From a virus (taxonomy: Duplodnaviria; Caudoviricetes), in the IMG/VR virus record IMGVR_UViG_3300023184_002538, positions 1-63,671 of that record: a stretch of 63,671 bases of DNA. The stretch is one strand, 5' to 3'. A program made the position numbers and the translations under genes. Below the pieces are notes generated by a model, which was given only the letters and a program-made list of their open reading frames with translations, did not search any database and was not told the DNA's origin. Each line of letters opens with the position of its first letter. Within the stretch, counting starts at the first letter, position 1. This document shows positions 1 to 9,608 of the stretch, in pieces.

Positions 1-2197
1 TGGCCAAAATCCAACTACCTGATGTTTTATTAACACTTGCTGGGGCACCTGTTATATTACTGTAAGCAACGGTTCCGGTATAGGCTGTGGTCTGTTGTGT
101 GTTATCTGGGAATGTTAAACCACCATCTCTACCAAATACCCATTCTAGGGTACCCATATCATCATTAATAGCCAAAGTAATATTAGTGCCTGTTGGGGAA
201 GGTCCTTGAACAAAATCATCAGTCATGCTGCCATCACCAGTACCAATCATGATACCAGCAACTGGACCATAAAACTCTTCTGGATAAGTTTGACTTCCGC
301 CCCACCAAAGTCCTAGATATTCTGTGTCATCTTTGGCCCATACAACACTTTCTTTATCACCCATTGGCATTGGGTCATCAGGCCACAATGTACCAATTAG
401 TAGATCCCCAGGGAATGTTACTAGACCTAGTTCAGATGATAATGTGCCGCCACTGGCTGTTGTCCAATATAAAACATTAGAATTTGTACTTACAGACAAT
501 ACCTGTCCTGCTGTGCCCACAGTGTTGGGCAAAGCATATCCTGCTGGGAATGTTAATGTACCATCTGTGCCAAACTCCCATACATTAGCACCACTTTCTA
601 TACTAACGGTTGCAGTGGTATCAACAGCAGATATAGTGGTATCACTTATGGTTAATCCATCAAGATATGTGCTAGGTGATGGAACTTCTGGTGGGCTTAA
701 ATCAACCCAGTTGTTTTCATATTTGATATAAGAACGGCCGTCTTCGGTGTTAAACCATAGTTGCCCATTTACTCTGGTAGGAGCTGTGCTAGTTGTTGCT
801 ATACGGATAACAGATCCGTTGGCATCTTGTATATCATCTGGGATATTCAAGTTACCGTCTGTACCAAAAGTCCACTGATTAGTATTTGTGTTAGTTCCAA
901 TGACAACATTGCCGGCGTTCCTTTCAATCTTAACATATTGATCATCATCACCTAAGTATAGATCATAGTTGGTAGGATTGCCTGCTACTAGATGTAGATG
1001 TCCGTGTTCTTCAACAGCATGTCCATCTAGAGTAACTGTAACTCCATCAGTCCCACCTGACCCAAAGTTGGTGGAGAGAATTGTAAGTGTAAACGAAGTC
1101 ATATCGGAATTTTCCGGTATAGTCCATGTTAGGCTTACGGTTCCACTATCATATACAACTAGTGTTCCAGTTGTTGACTGGTTAGGAGCATAATACTCAC
1201 TGTCGGATGGAGTTCCTAATTGTTCAGGGGTAAGCCCCAATATCTGCCATTGCAAATAAGTAAAACCGCTGCTAGGACTAGGGGTAGAAAAAGTTATTGT
1301 TATAGTTTCACCGGGGACAAATCCATTAGGATGATCGACAGTTATAGTTCGCGGGTTGACACCACCAGTTGGGCGAATTACTAAACCTTGACCTGCGGAT
1401 CCACCAGGTGGTGTGATAACTGTAGTATCAACTGTTTCACTAATAGTTCCACCCTGTGGCAATGTTAGTACGCCATCACCATCAAATATCCATGTGCTGC
1501 TGATAGTAGTTTGCGTATTAAACGCCTGTAGAGAAACTCCACCTGTCGTTGGTAGTTTAAGATTGTTAAAGTCATCACCAAAGAATAGATCCACCAGCGT
1601 AGGATCTTGTTTCATTATGTGGAAATGTGATGCGGCGGTAGGACCACAGATTTCAGGACTATTACCAAAAAATACTGTGCCACGATCTGTAGTCAATGCT
1701 ATACCATTACCGCCCAAAGTGTCGCCGGTTATATAGTTTGTGTTAAAATAACTACCAATATCCCAAGATCCATCGTCCCTGAAGAATAAATGATTTCTTG
1801 GTACTTGTACATCAAATGTAGTTGTAGTCAATGTAACATTGATTGGACAACCATTACCTTGTGATGTTAAATCCCAACTTGTGCCAGTTGAGCCGCCACC
1901 ACTAGATGTAGTCCATACCAATGTGTTGCCACTTGCGGGCCATGTTAAAACTTGACTAGTAGTACCAACGGTGTTTGGTAATATATAACTAGGAGTAACA
2001 AGATTACCACCTGTATCAACTTGTACTACATAACCACTATTGATAATAGCATCTGCATTAGCAGAAACTGCTACATTACGACCTAACCATTTAACTCCGT
2101 CGTATGTGTATATAACTCCATTGTCACCAGTATAGGTATCACCCTCTTGTAATGGGCTCCCGCCTGGTCTTGTGTTTGGAAAATTTAGTATCGCCAT
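1..2197 (-). CDS. Putative tail fibre / virion surface protein (runs off the left edge, >730 aa; missing from the ORF track)
   Basis: Manual translation from ATG at 2197 (AGGA just upstream): MAILNFPNTRPGGSPLQEGDTYTGDNGVIYTYDGVKW... stays open to base 2. It is T/G/S-rich with repeated W-x-F-x-x-D-G-x-L-x-x-P units. Confidence 0.75.
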   Translation of the reverse strand, partial: MAILNFPNTRPGGSPLQEGDTYTGDNGVIYTYDGVKWLGRNVAVSANADAIINSGYVVQVDTGGNLVTPSYILPNTVGTTSQVLTWPASGNTLVWTTSSGGGSTGTSWDLTSQGNGCPINVTLTTTTFDVQVPRNHLFFRDDGSWDIGSYFNTNYITGDTLGGNGIALTTDRGTVFFGNSPEICGPTAASHFHIMKQDPTLVDLFFGDDFNNLKLPTTGGVSLQAFNTQTTISSTWIFDGDGVLTLPQGGTISETVDTTVITPPGGSAGQGLVIRPTGGVNPRTITVDHPNGFVPGETITITFSTPSPSSGFTYLQWQILGLTPEQLGTPSDSEYYAPNQSTTGTLVVYDSGTVSLTWTIPENSDMTSFTLTILSTNFGSGGTDGVTVTLDGHAVEEHGHLHLVAGNPTNYDLYLGDDDQYVKIERNAGNVVIGTNTNTNQWTFGTDGNLNIPDDIQDANGSVIRIATTSTAPTRVNGQLWFNTEDGRSYIKYENNWVDLSPPEVPSPSTYLDGLTISDTTISAVDTTATVSIESGANVWEFGTDGTLTFPAGYALPNTVGTAGQVLSVSTNSNVLYWTTASGGTLSSELGLVTFPGDLLIGTLWPDDPMPMGDKESVVWAKDDTEYLGLWWGGSQTYPEEFYGPVAGIMIGTGDGSMTDDFVQGPSPTGTNITLAINDDMGTLEWVFGRDGGLTFPDNTQQTTAYTGTVAYSNITGAPASVNKTSGSWILA

Positions 2198-2222
2198 GTT
2201 TGTTCCTATTATCTTTTATATT

Positions 2223-4811
2223 TTACCAACTGCCTACGATTGCGCTTCTTACCCATGTATTAGTGTCAACACATACATATACGTATGTTGCATCACTAGA
2301 CACTTGTCCCGGTATACCATTTGACGAACTAGTTGTTGGAGGTGCTACCATCTTATATGTTGGACCACTACCCCTTGGTGGACTTGCATCTACCCATGTA
2401 TTTTCAAAATAAATGTACAATCTACCACTAGTTGAGTCGTACCATGTGGTACCAGTACTTGCTGTAGCAGGAGGATTAGGTCCTGCCTGTGTTGTCGAAT
2501 CAACAGTAACACCATAAGTTAATTCGTTAGTTAATGTGTTGTAGTATATAATATTACTAGTTGGACTATCAGTTCTTATTGGAGCAATGTATAATCCTGA
2601 ATAAGCATCACCGTTAACTGATGCTGTAGTAGCATTAAGGACAATAGAATTATCATGTTGATTGTTTCTTCCTGCTTGATATCCTAGTGCTAATGCATAT
2701 CGTCCTTGATTATATTCTCCTGCACGTATACCCATTGCAGTTGCATAGGCTTTCTGATTGCTATAACCTGCTGAACCACCAACCGCTATTCCTGCATAAT
2801 TTTGATAATCACTACCTGCCAGTATACCAACGGCAACTGAATAATCACCTTGACTCTCATAACCTGCGGTATCACCAATGGCCACAGATGATATACCTTG
2901 ACTAAAACGGGCTGCTCCTACACCAATAGCCACAGCGTAATTACTCTGTGTGTTTGCTCCTGCTACTGTACCAATAGCAACAGAATATCCTTGTTGATTA
3001 TGATAACCGGCATGGTCACCTATTGCAACAGAAAATTCACCCTGAGTTTCTGATCCTGCAAGGGTACCAATAGCAATTGAATGTTGATGTTGTGATAGTT
3101 CACCAGCCTTATCTCCAATTGCAACAGCTGATATGCCTTGACTAGTTTTTCCTGAAAGAGACCCAATAGCAACTGAAAAATCTCCTTGATTAGTTAGACC
3201 AGAAGAATCGCCTATTGCAACAGAACTAGTACCTTGACCAGTTTGACCTGCCAACGGTCCGATAGCAACTGAATAACTGCTCTGTGTACTGTATCCTGCA
3301 AAAAATCCCAAAGCAAGAGATTTATTCATTTGTCCAAATTCTCCTGCAAATTTTCCAATTGCTATAGAAGTGTCTCCTTGATTAGTATTGCCAGCATACA
3401 CCCCTATTGCTATAGAATCAATTTGTTGATTTAGATGTCCTGCAGATACCCCTATTGATATAGAACTAGTACTTTGAGCAAACTCGCCAGCACCATTACC
3501 AATAGATATTGCATCTTGTCTTTGGCTAAATTGTCCTGCATCGAATCCTATTGCAATTGCATAGTTGCTTTGAGTATTAGCACCGGCCTGCAAACCTATT
3601 GCTATTGCTGATGTTCCTTGGGAATCATTTCCGGCAAAATTACCAATTGATATAGCATCTTGTAATTGGTTACTCATTCCCGCACTATATCCAACTGCCA
3701 ATGCGTATAGATTTTGATTATCATTACCAGCATAATTTCCAATAGCAATTGCATTTGATTTTTGTGAGAAGTTGCCGGCTGCTAATCCTATTGCTAGAGA
3801 ATTAATACCTTGATCAGTTTGACCTGCAAGATTACCAACACTAATAATATCTCCACCAATGTATAAATTATTTCCAATAGCAAGTCTATTGCCACTCAGT
3901 GAAAGTAAAGTATTAGTAGAAAAATTTGACGTTATTATAAAATCATTTCCCAATGATTGTAATGTGTAAAGGCCTTCAGTTCCAGTAGTTAGAGAAACAG
4001 AATAAAATGTAACACTACTTGTAGTGTCTAAAAATTGATCTGCACCTGGACCTTGGCTACCAGTATATCCAAAATCGCCTTGTGTACCGGTTGAACCTGT
4101 ATAGCCAACCTCGCCTTGCGTACCAGTTGAACCTGTAAATCCTACTACACCTTGTGTACCGGTTGAACCTGTATAGCCAACTTCGCCTTGTGTACCGGTT
4201 GAACCTGTATAACCGTTAGAACCGTTGCTACCAATAGTTCCGTCGCTACCTTTACTACCAGTAAAACCAATAACGGTACTTGCAGATCCAGTATAACCTA
4301 CCTCGCCTTGTGTACCGGTTGAACCTGTATAACCATTTAGACCGTAACTGCCGGTAAATCCTTGATTACCTCGACTACCTGCATATCCTGCACTACCAGT
4401 ATAACCTACAGAACCCCAATATCCTTGACTACCTGTGAAACCCGACCCCTGGCTACCTGTGTACCCTATTCCAGCATATTCTCCGGGAATACCTTGACTA
4501 CCTACATATCCTGAAACTCCTCTACTACCTGTATAGCCTGATGCTGGTAGTGCTGGGTTTGTGTCAATCCAAGAAGAATCAAAATATATATAAGTTCTTC
4601 CACTAAAATCATCATACCATAATGTTCCTTCTATAGGATACTGCGGAGGAACAGCACCTACATTAGCAATAGATGTACTAGTAGTAGTAAGTGTGCTAAG
4701 ATAATCGTTTAATTTTAAGAAATTATCATTAACTTTGGTAAACGCAGATCGTATGCTGTCTCCATCTCTTGAGTTTGCGCCCGAACCTGTGTTTATAATC
4801 TGAATAGTCAT
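2223..4811 (-). CDS. Fibre/adhesin-like protein with collagen-like Gly-X-Y tract and YadA-head-like 14-aa repeats
   Basis: N-terminus (INTGSGANSRDGDSIRSAFTKVNDNF) resembles phage baseplate/fibre anchors. A long GYTGS Gly-X-Y tract is followed by many S/A-I/V-A-I/V-G-x-x-A-G-x-x-x-Q repeats. Confidence 0.75.
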   Translation of the reverse strand: MTIQIINTGSGANSRDGDSIRSAFTKVNDNFLKLNDYLSTLTTTSTSIANVGAVPPQYPIEGTLWYDDFSGRTYIYFDSSWIDTNPALPASGYTGSRGVSGYVGSQGIPGEYAGIGYTGSQGSGFTGSQGYWGSVGYTGSAGYAGSRGNQGFTGSYGLNGYTGSTGTQGEVGYTGSASTVIGFTGSKGSDGTIGSNGSNGYTGSTGTQGEVGYTGSTGTQGVVGFTGSTGTQGEVGYTGSTGTQGDFGYTGSQGPGADQFLDTTSSVTFYSVSLTTGTEGLYTLQSLGNDFIITSNFSTNTLLSLSGNRLAIGNNLYIGGDIISVGNLAGQTDQGINSLAIGLAAGNFSQKSNAIAIGNYAGNDNQNLYALAVGYSAGMSNQLQDAISIGNFAGNDSQGTSAIAIGLQAGANTQSNYAIAIGFDAGQFSQRQDAISIGNGAGEFAQSTSSISIGVSAGHLNQQIDSIAIGVYAGNTNQGDTSIAIGKFAGEFGQMNKSLALGFFAGYSTQSSYSVAIGPLAGQTGQGTSSVAIGDSSGLTNQGDFSVAIGSLSGKTSQGISAVAIGDKAGELSQHQHSIAIGTLAGSETQGEFSVAIGDHAGYHNQQGYSVAIGTVAGANTQSNYAVAIGVGAARFSQGISSVAIGDTAGYESQGDYSVAVGILAGSDYQNYAGIAVGGSAGYSNQKAYATAMGIRAGEYNQGRYALALGYQAGRNNQHDNSIVLNATTASVNGDAYSGLYIAPIRTDSPTSNIIYYNTLTNELTYGVTVDSTTQAGPNPPATASTGTTWYDSTSGRLYIYFENTWVDASPPRGSGPTYKMVAPPTTSSSNGIPGQVSSDATYVYVCVDTNTWVRSAIVGSW
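4070..4330. repeat. 36-nt coding tandem repeats (GYTGSTGTQGEV-type units)
   Basis: ccttgtgtaccggttgaacctgta recurs several times; the unit is 12 aa in the collagen tract. Confidence 0.85.
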
Positions 4812-4883
4812 GCTAGATCCCTATTAATTTAAATCTATAACGATATTTAGTTTGAATTTTTATAATCCGAATGTAAATACCTC

Positions 4884-5162
4884 ATGATCATTGAAACTAA
4901 AAGAGTTACTTCAACTCACACAAGATATAGCAAATTAAAAAATGCACACTCTTATAGTAGAACCAAAACCATGGTTGTAATCCAGTGTGATTGCTGTCAG
5001 TCCTTGTTCGAAAGAGAAAAAGGAACTATGGACTATAGAAGGCTCGACAACAATTACTTTCATGTATGCGTCAATTGTAATCCAAAACGTTTTGCTCAAC
5101 AAAAAGGAGTTGAACGTAGAACTATTTGGAATTTACCAGTGACCAGTGAACTAAAAATTTAG
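4884..5162 (+). CDS. Small hypothetical protein, possible Zn-binding
   Basis: CDCC...CVNC cysteine pairs; TAAATA motif just upstream. Confidence 0.6.
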   Translation: MIIETKRVTSTHTRYSKLKNAHSYSRTKTMVVIQCDCCQSLFEREKGTMDYRRLDNNYFHVCVNCNPKRFAQQKGVERRTIWNLPVTSELKI

Positions 5163-5163
5163 G

Positions 5164-5192
5164 TTGCTCATTTGTTATAAAAATGCTATAAT
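5164..5192 (+). promoter_or_regulatory. Sigma70-like promoter
   Basis: TTGCTC-17 bp-TATAAT upstream of the HNH gene. Confidence 0.5.
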
Positions 5193-5223
5193 AGTACTGT
5201 TTTATACAAATAAATACACTATC

Positions 5224-5733
5224 ATGACTTGTCTAATACTTAATGCAGATGCTGCACCAATTTCCGTACTTCCACTGAGTGTAATTTCGTGGGAAGAATC
5301 TATACGATACCTAGTATCGGATAAGGCCACGGTTTTGGAATGGTATGAAGATTGGATTGTACATAGCGCGACTTGGGAAACCCGTGTGCCCGCTGTTATG
5401 ATCTTAAAAGAATACCAAAAGAAAAAAACTAGTGTGCGTTTTAGCAAACAGAATGTATTCCTGCGTGACCTATTTACTTGCCAATACTGCGGTACTGATG
5501 TAACAGGCAAGACTGCTACGTTAGATCACGTATTGCCAACTAGTCACGGTGGTAAGACTACTTACGAAAACTGCGTTTGTGCCTGTGCTAAGTGTAATGC
5601 TAACAAGGGAAATGACAAGCGTATTGTTCCTAAGGTTAAGCCATTCAAGCCTACATACTTCCAATTAGTAGATAAGCGGAAGAAGATGAAGTTTGATCTG
5701 CGCCACCCAAGTTGGGCAGCGTACCTAGAATAA
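5224..5733 (+). CDS. HNH endonuclease family protein
   Basis: CLILNAD N-terminus; RDLFTCQYCG...TLDHVLP.SHGG.TTYENCVCACAKCN. Likely start is the ATG at 5224. Confidence 0.88.
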   Translation: MTCLILNADAAPISVLPLSVISWEESIRYLVSDKATVLEWYEDWIVHSATWETRVPAVMILKEYQKKKTSVRFSKQNVFLRDLFTCQYCGTDVTGKTATLDHVLPTSHGGKTTYENCVCACAKCNANKGNDKRIVPKVKPFKPTYFQLVDKRKKMKFDLRHPSWAAYLE

Positions 5734-5736
5734 AGA

Positions 5737-5762
5737 ATAGCACCCAAGGGTGCTATTTTTTT
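5737..5762. terminator. Intrinsic terminator between convergent genes
   Basis: aatagcaccc-aa-gggtgctatt hairpin followed by a T run. Confidence 0.8.
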
Positions 5763-5949
5763 ATGTCCATCTTAATATAAACCAAGTTAGGTGTTTTTCT
5801 TTTGCAAAGTAAAAACTGAAACCACATCGATGATATTCATCAAATTTGAAATTTTTAACACACCAACGATCTTTTTCAAGCCAATTATCACCTTGATCAA
5901 CCTTGTAGCGCATCTTAACTCGCTTGGTTCCGTAGTCAACAACCACCAT
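5761..5949 (-). CDS. Small hypothetical phage protein
   Basis: 62-aa ORF abutting IF-1; C-terminal F.F.....TWFILRW pattern. Confidence 0.6.
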   Translation of the reverse strand: MVVVDYGTKRVKMRYKVDQGDNWLEKDRWCVKNFKFDEYHRCGFSFYFAKEKHLTWFILRWT

Positions 5950-5950
5950 A

Positions 5951-6169
5951 TCAGCGTTCTCTATAGGTAATCCGGCACTTTGTAAGATCGTATGGGCTCA
6001 TTTCAATTTTAACACGATCACCCGCTAAAATTTGGATCTTGTTCTGACGCATCTTGCCCGAGATGTGTCCAAGTATTGTAGGCCCTTGAGCCATTTTTAC
6101 CCTAAACATTGCGTTAGGTAATACTTCTTCTACCACTCCATCTGAAGTGATTAAATCTTCTTTTGCCAC
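5951..6169 (-). CDS. infA: Translation initiation factor IF-1
   Basis: [22 protein letters not shown]...[38 protein letters not shown] is canonical IF-1. GTG start with AGGAG RBS. Confidence 0.96.
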   Translation of the reverse strand: MAKEDLITSDGVVEEVLPNAMFRVKMAQGPTILGHISGKMRQNKIQILAGDRVKIEMSPYDLTKCRITYRER

Positions 6170-6412
6170 TTAAACTTTTTCTCCTTTTAAACCTTTAATT
6201 ACCAATTCTTTGGCACGTTTGTCTAATGCCTTATCTTCGGCATCTTGTATGCGTTGAGTCATTTCAAGTGTGTATTCCATCAACACTCTCATACCTTTTT
6301 CAGTCCATTCACTATACTTAGAACCAACAGAACTTCGACGAAAATAATCTTTATTATTCATTAGTTCGTTGATACCACCATACATGATAGATTTTACTGC
6401 GTCTTTTTCCAT
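6170..6412 (-). CDS. Hypothetical protein
   Basis: 80-aa ORF from ATG 6412 (MEKDAVK...), packed between ligase and IF-1. Confidence 0.65.
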   Translation of the reverse strand: MEKDAVKSIMYGGINELMNNKDYFRRSSVGSKYSEWTEKGMRVLMEYTLEMTQRIQDAEDKALDKRAKELVIKGLKGEKV

Positions 6413-6413
6413 A

Positions 6414-7727
6414 TTAAATCTTCTCGCCAGCCATAAAGCCACGGAAGCGGAGGAAACGCGGAAAACGTAGACTATAAGTACCATCTTGATTTTGTGTAAC
6501 AGCATCTGCTCTTACTTCCACAATTTGACGAGTAAGACTATCGCGGTTATTCCAAAACTCAGTTCGATCAGCGTCACTAAAACCGCTACCAACATTGACT
6601 CGTACATCCCTACCATCGTCGACGCCGGAACAAACAAGAGCTCCCAATCGTCCCACATTCTTACCAGTGCCCTCTTCAACATTTGTGATCTCCAAACTTA
6701 CTTCAATAAATGGTTTCATTTTGAGCCAACTAGTGCTCCGCTTACATTGGTAAGGTGCGCTAACATCCTTAATCATAATACCTTCAAAGCCTGCTTCAAT
6801 GGCATCTTTGTTGTATTGCTTAAATTCTAATTCACCAACATAACTATCTAAATCAATTTCTATTTGTGGAATTATATCAATACTACCAACTTTATCAAAC
6901 ACAGCCTTCATTGTGCGTAATAGATTACTACGACGTTTTTGACCTAACATGCTCTCACCGTGTTGAAACTCGCTAAGTGGTATAATATCAAACAACATCA
7001 AACGAGCATCTTGACTTTGAACATCACTCTTACGATGTACTTGTTTCATTAATGCTTGGAAACTGCTACTAACCATTTCTCCATCAAGGACCATACTACG
7101 GTCAAACATATCAATGTTTGCTTCAATTGCTTTGCTGATATGTCCAAAATTTTCTAAAATTGTACCATTGCGGCTATACATTACTGCTGTCTTATTTTCA
7201 GCATTGATTACGGTAATTACACGCACACCGTCTAGTTTAGGTTCTAGTAGTTTCTTACCTGTAATCTTCTTTTCATGATTAGCACCATCGTGTGCCAACA
7301 TACATTCAAACACAGGAACAGATTTAATTTCAGAAAATGCCTTGAGAACTTTGTTTACAGTTTTTTCACTTACGCCACAACGTAGATCTTTAATAAGAAT
7401 ACGACGATACCAATCATTCCATTGTTTTTGTGTACTTGTAGATAATGCTAGTTCAATTGCATCTCGAGCATCATGCCCGGTAAGTTGTCTAGTGGCCAGC
7501 AGATGTGCTAGTTCTTTAAATGCGACCCAGGGTAAGCCTTGACCATCAGGTCCGCCATGTGTGGGTATTTTCTTTACACCAAAAGTATAAAGACTGTCTA
7601 AGGCCATACGCATACCTTCAAACAATTCCTGATTATCACTTTTGGCTTCTGCTTCCAAAATGCCTTCTTTGTTAAGGCGACTAGGATGATCCTCTAAGAT
7701 CCGAATAATACTATCGCAATTGCTCAT
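6414..7727 (-). CDS. ATP-dependent DNA ligase
   Basis: EPKLDGVR (motif I), LDGEM, LFDI, EGIMIK, WLKMK, VGSGF, SLRFPRF. GAGGA RBS before ATG 7727. Confidence 0.93.
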   Translation of the reverse strand: MSNCDSIIRILEDHPSRLNKEGILEAEAKSDNQELFEGMRMALDSLYTFGVKKIPTHGGPDGQGLPWVAFKELAHLLATRQLTGHDARDAIELALSTSTQKQWNDWYRRILIKDLRCGVSEKTVNKVLKAFSEIKSVPVFECMLAHDGANHEKKITGKKLLEPKLDGVRVITVINAENKTAVMYSRNGTILENFGHISKAIEANIDMFDRSMVLDGEMVSSSFQALMKQVHRKSDVQSQDARLMLFDIIPLSEFQHGESMLGQKRRSNLLRTMKAVFDKVGSIDIIPQIEIDLDSYVGELEFKQYNKDAIEAGFEGIMIKDVSAPYQCKRSTSWLKMKPFIEVSLEITNVEEGTGKNVGRLGALVCSGVDDGRDVRVNVGSGFSDADRTEFWNNRDSLTRQIVEVRADAVTQNQDGTYSLRFPRFLRFRGFMAGEKI

Positions 7728-7759
7728 AAATCCTCTAGGGTGTTTGCTACAATACGACA

Positions 7760-7788
7760 ATTATACTATGTTTTACCAATGATGTCAA
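7760..7788 (-). promoter_or_regulatory. Sigma70 promoter with GGTAAAAC box driving the ligase-IF-1 operon
   Basis: Minus strand reads TTGACA-tcattGGTAAAACatag-TATAAT (17-bp spacer). Confidence 0.85.
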
Positions 7789-7791
7789 CCA

Positions 7792-8145
7792 TTAATGGCT
7801 ATAATCTGGCTCAAATTCATCTGAAACACTAAAACTACTGCCGCATCCACAGGTTGTTTGGGCATTTGGATTAGTAACTACAAAATTGCTTCCGTGCAAA
7901 TCGTCTTTGTAGTCAATTGTAGATCCCGCCAAATATTGCATACTGATGCTATCGACCAACACCAATCCATCAGTATTATCTACTAGAAAATCGTCTTCGT
8001 TTTTTTCTTCATCAAGGGTAAATCCATAACTCATTCCAGAACAGCCCCCTCCTTGAACAAATGCACGGACACGCATTTCTGCATTATTTTCTTCTGCTAA
8101 TATATCTTTTATTTTATAAATTGCGTTAGGTGTTATGTTAATCAT
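7792..8145 (-). CDS. A-type Fe-S cluster carrier (ErpA/IscA/HesB family)
   Basis: [14 protein letters not shown] and [14 protein letters not shown] motifs. Confidence 0.93.
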   Translation of the reverse strand: MINITPNAIYKIKDILAEENNAEMRVRAFVQGGGCSGMSYGFTLDEEKNEDDFLVDNTDGLVLVDSISMQYLAGSTIDYKDDLHGSNFVVTNPNAQTTCGCGSSFSVSDEFEPDYSH

Positions 8146-8150
8146 AAACA

Positions 8151-8179
8151 TATTTATATGCTAAAGCATGTTATAAATA
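8151..8179. promoter_or_regulatory. Divergent TATAAATA late-type promoters
   Basis: TATAAATA on minus (8151-8158) and plus (8172-8179), each a few nt from a start codon. Matches the T4 gp55 late consensus. Confidence 0.6.
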
Positions 8180-8185
8180 ATTTTA

Positions 8186-9073
8186 ATGTTTGAATACACA
8201 CAAAATAATCATATAATTACCGGAATAACAAACGGTGAGTACTTTTTTGAATATGGTAAAATAACAAAGCATAGCACATGGAGAGAAGAATGTAAACTTG
8301 CTGCTGCCGAACTATACGAAAAACATGGTGACAAGTTAATACTATGTCTTAGTGGTGGTGTAGATTCTGAAACAGTTCTCAATAGTTTTATAGCCAATGG
8401 CATAAAACCAAAAGTAGCAGTTATACGCTATGAACGAAACAATAATCTACACGATATAAATTATGCATTTAGAGCATTGGCTAAAAACTACATATCTCCT
8501 ATTGTTATAGATGTTAATGTTGAAACTTTCTTTAAAAATGATTTATTAAAATTTTCAGAAATATCTAAATGCTCAAGCCCGCAAGTTAATTTATTGATGT
8601 ACTACGCAAATAAACTTGACGGCATCCCTGTATTAGGAACAGGAGAAAATTTCTTAACTAGAAAGTACGGAGAACTTGAGGTATACGATTTAGAATGTCA
8701 AAAGGAAACCAATCTATATACATTTTTTCAATCAATTAAAAGAGAATGTATTCCTGCATTCTTTCAATACACACCTGCACAAATGGTTTCATTTTTACAA
8801 AAAGAATCAATTTACCAATGGGTAGAAACTGCCAAAAAGAATAGATATATTAGTACCAAAAAAATCAAACAAACAATCATGAGTGAAGACTTTGACTTAG
8901 AAGCAAGACCAAAACTTACTGGATTTGAAATGTATAATGATTTGGATAGTAAGTACAGAGAACTGCTAGTACAAAAGAATTACAACGACACTGGCGAAAT
9001 ATATACAGAATTTACAGAGTACATTAAATCATTTGGAATTGAACCGCTAAGGCCTATATGTTATGAAACTTAA
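8186..9073 (+). CDS. PP-loop (adenine nucleotide alpha-hydrolase) family protein
   Basis: ILCLSGGVDSE motif. Confidence 0.65.
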   Translation: MFEYTQNNHIITGITNGEYFFEYGKITKHSTWREECKLAAAELYEKHGDKLILCLSGGVDSETVLNSFIANGIKPKVAVIRYERNNNLHDINYAFRALAKNYISPIVIDVNVETFFKNDLLKFSEISKCSSPQVNLLMYYANKLDGIPVLGTGENFLTRKYGELEVYDLECQKETNLYTFFQSIKRECIPAFFQYTPAQMVSFLQKESIYQWVETAKKNRYISTKKIKQTIMSEDFDLEARPKLTGFEMYNDLDSKYRELLVQKNYNDTGEIYTEFTEYIKSFGIEPLRPICYET

Positions 9074-9608
9074 ATTAATAGAGTATCTGAACAAAAACAA
9101 AATATCTTTAGGTTTGTCAAATAACAATAGTGAACTGCGATTTATAAACAATGATAAAGGTTATGGTAAATTTGCTATACAGGATATATCAAAAGATAGC
9201 ATAATATATAGATTTGGTGGACTTTGGATTAACAAAGAAGAACAAGCAACTTTTGATCAAGATTATTTTCATTTAGTTGATAATGCTTACTTTTTTCAAG
9301 GTGGGCTCGATCCTACATTAAATGGTACACATAATCACAGTTGCAGTCCTAACGCTTATATTGAAGATAATACTATACGAGCATTACGAGATATAGTAAT
9401 TGGAGAAGAAATAACTATAGATTATGGATCATTTATAGTACATGATTATATTATAGTTGATAAGTGCAAGTGTGGCTCTACTGATTGTAGGAAAACTATT
9501 ACTGGGCATGATTGGTTGAATTACAATCTTGCTAAAAAATATAATAATAGAGTTAGCGGGCAGGTGCGGCGTTTAACTGAAGATACTCAAAAAACTTTTG
9601 ATACTTAG
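9063..9608 (+). CDS. SET-domain protein (putative protein-lysine methyltransferase)
   Basis: KGYGKFA, NHSCSPN, GEEITIDYG and post-SET CKCGSTDCR motifs. Confidence 0.88.
   Translation: MKLKLIEYLNKNKISLGLSNNNSELRFINNDKGYGKFAIQDISKDSIIYRFGGLWINKEEQATFDQDYFHLVDNAYFFQGGLDPTLNGTHNHSCSPNAYIEDNTIRALRDIVIGEEITIDYGSFIVHDYIIVDKCKCGSTDCRKTITGHDWLNYNLAKKYNNRVSGQVRRLTEDTQKTFDT

Noticed and set aside
324-2905. Plus-strand ORFs in the track
   Set aside because: Antisense shadows of the two long minus-strand fibre genes; the same applies to most short nested ORFs elsewhere.
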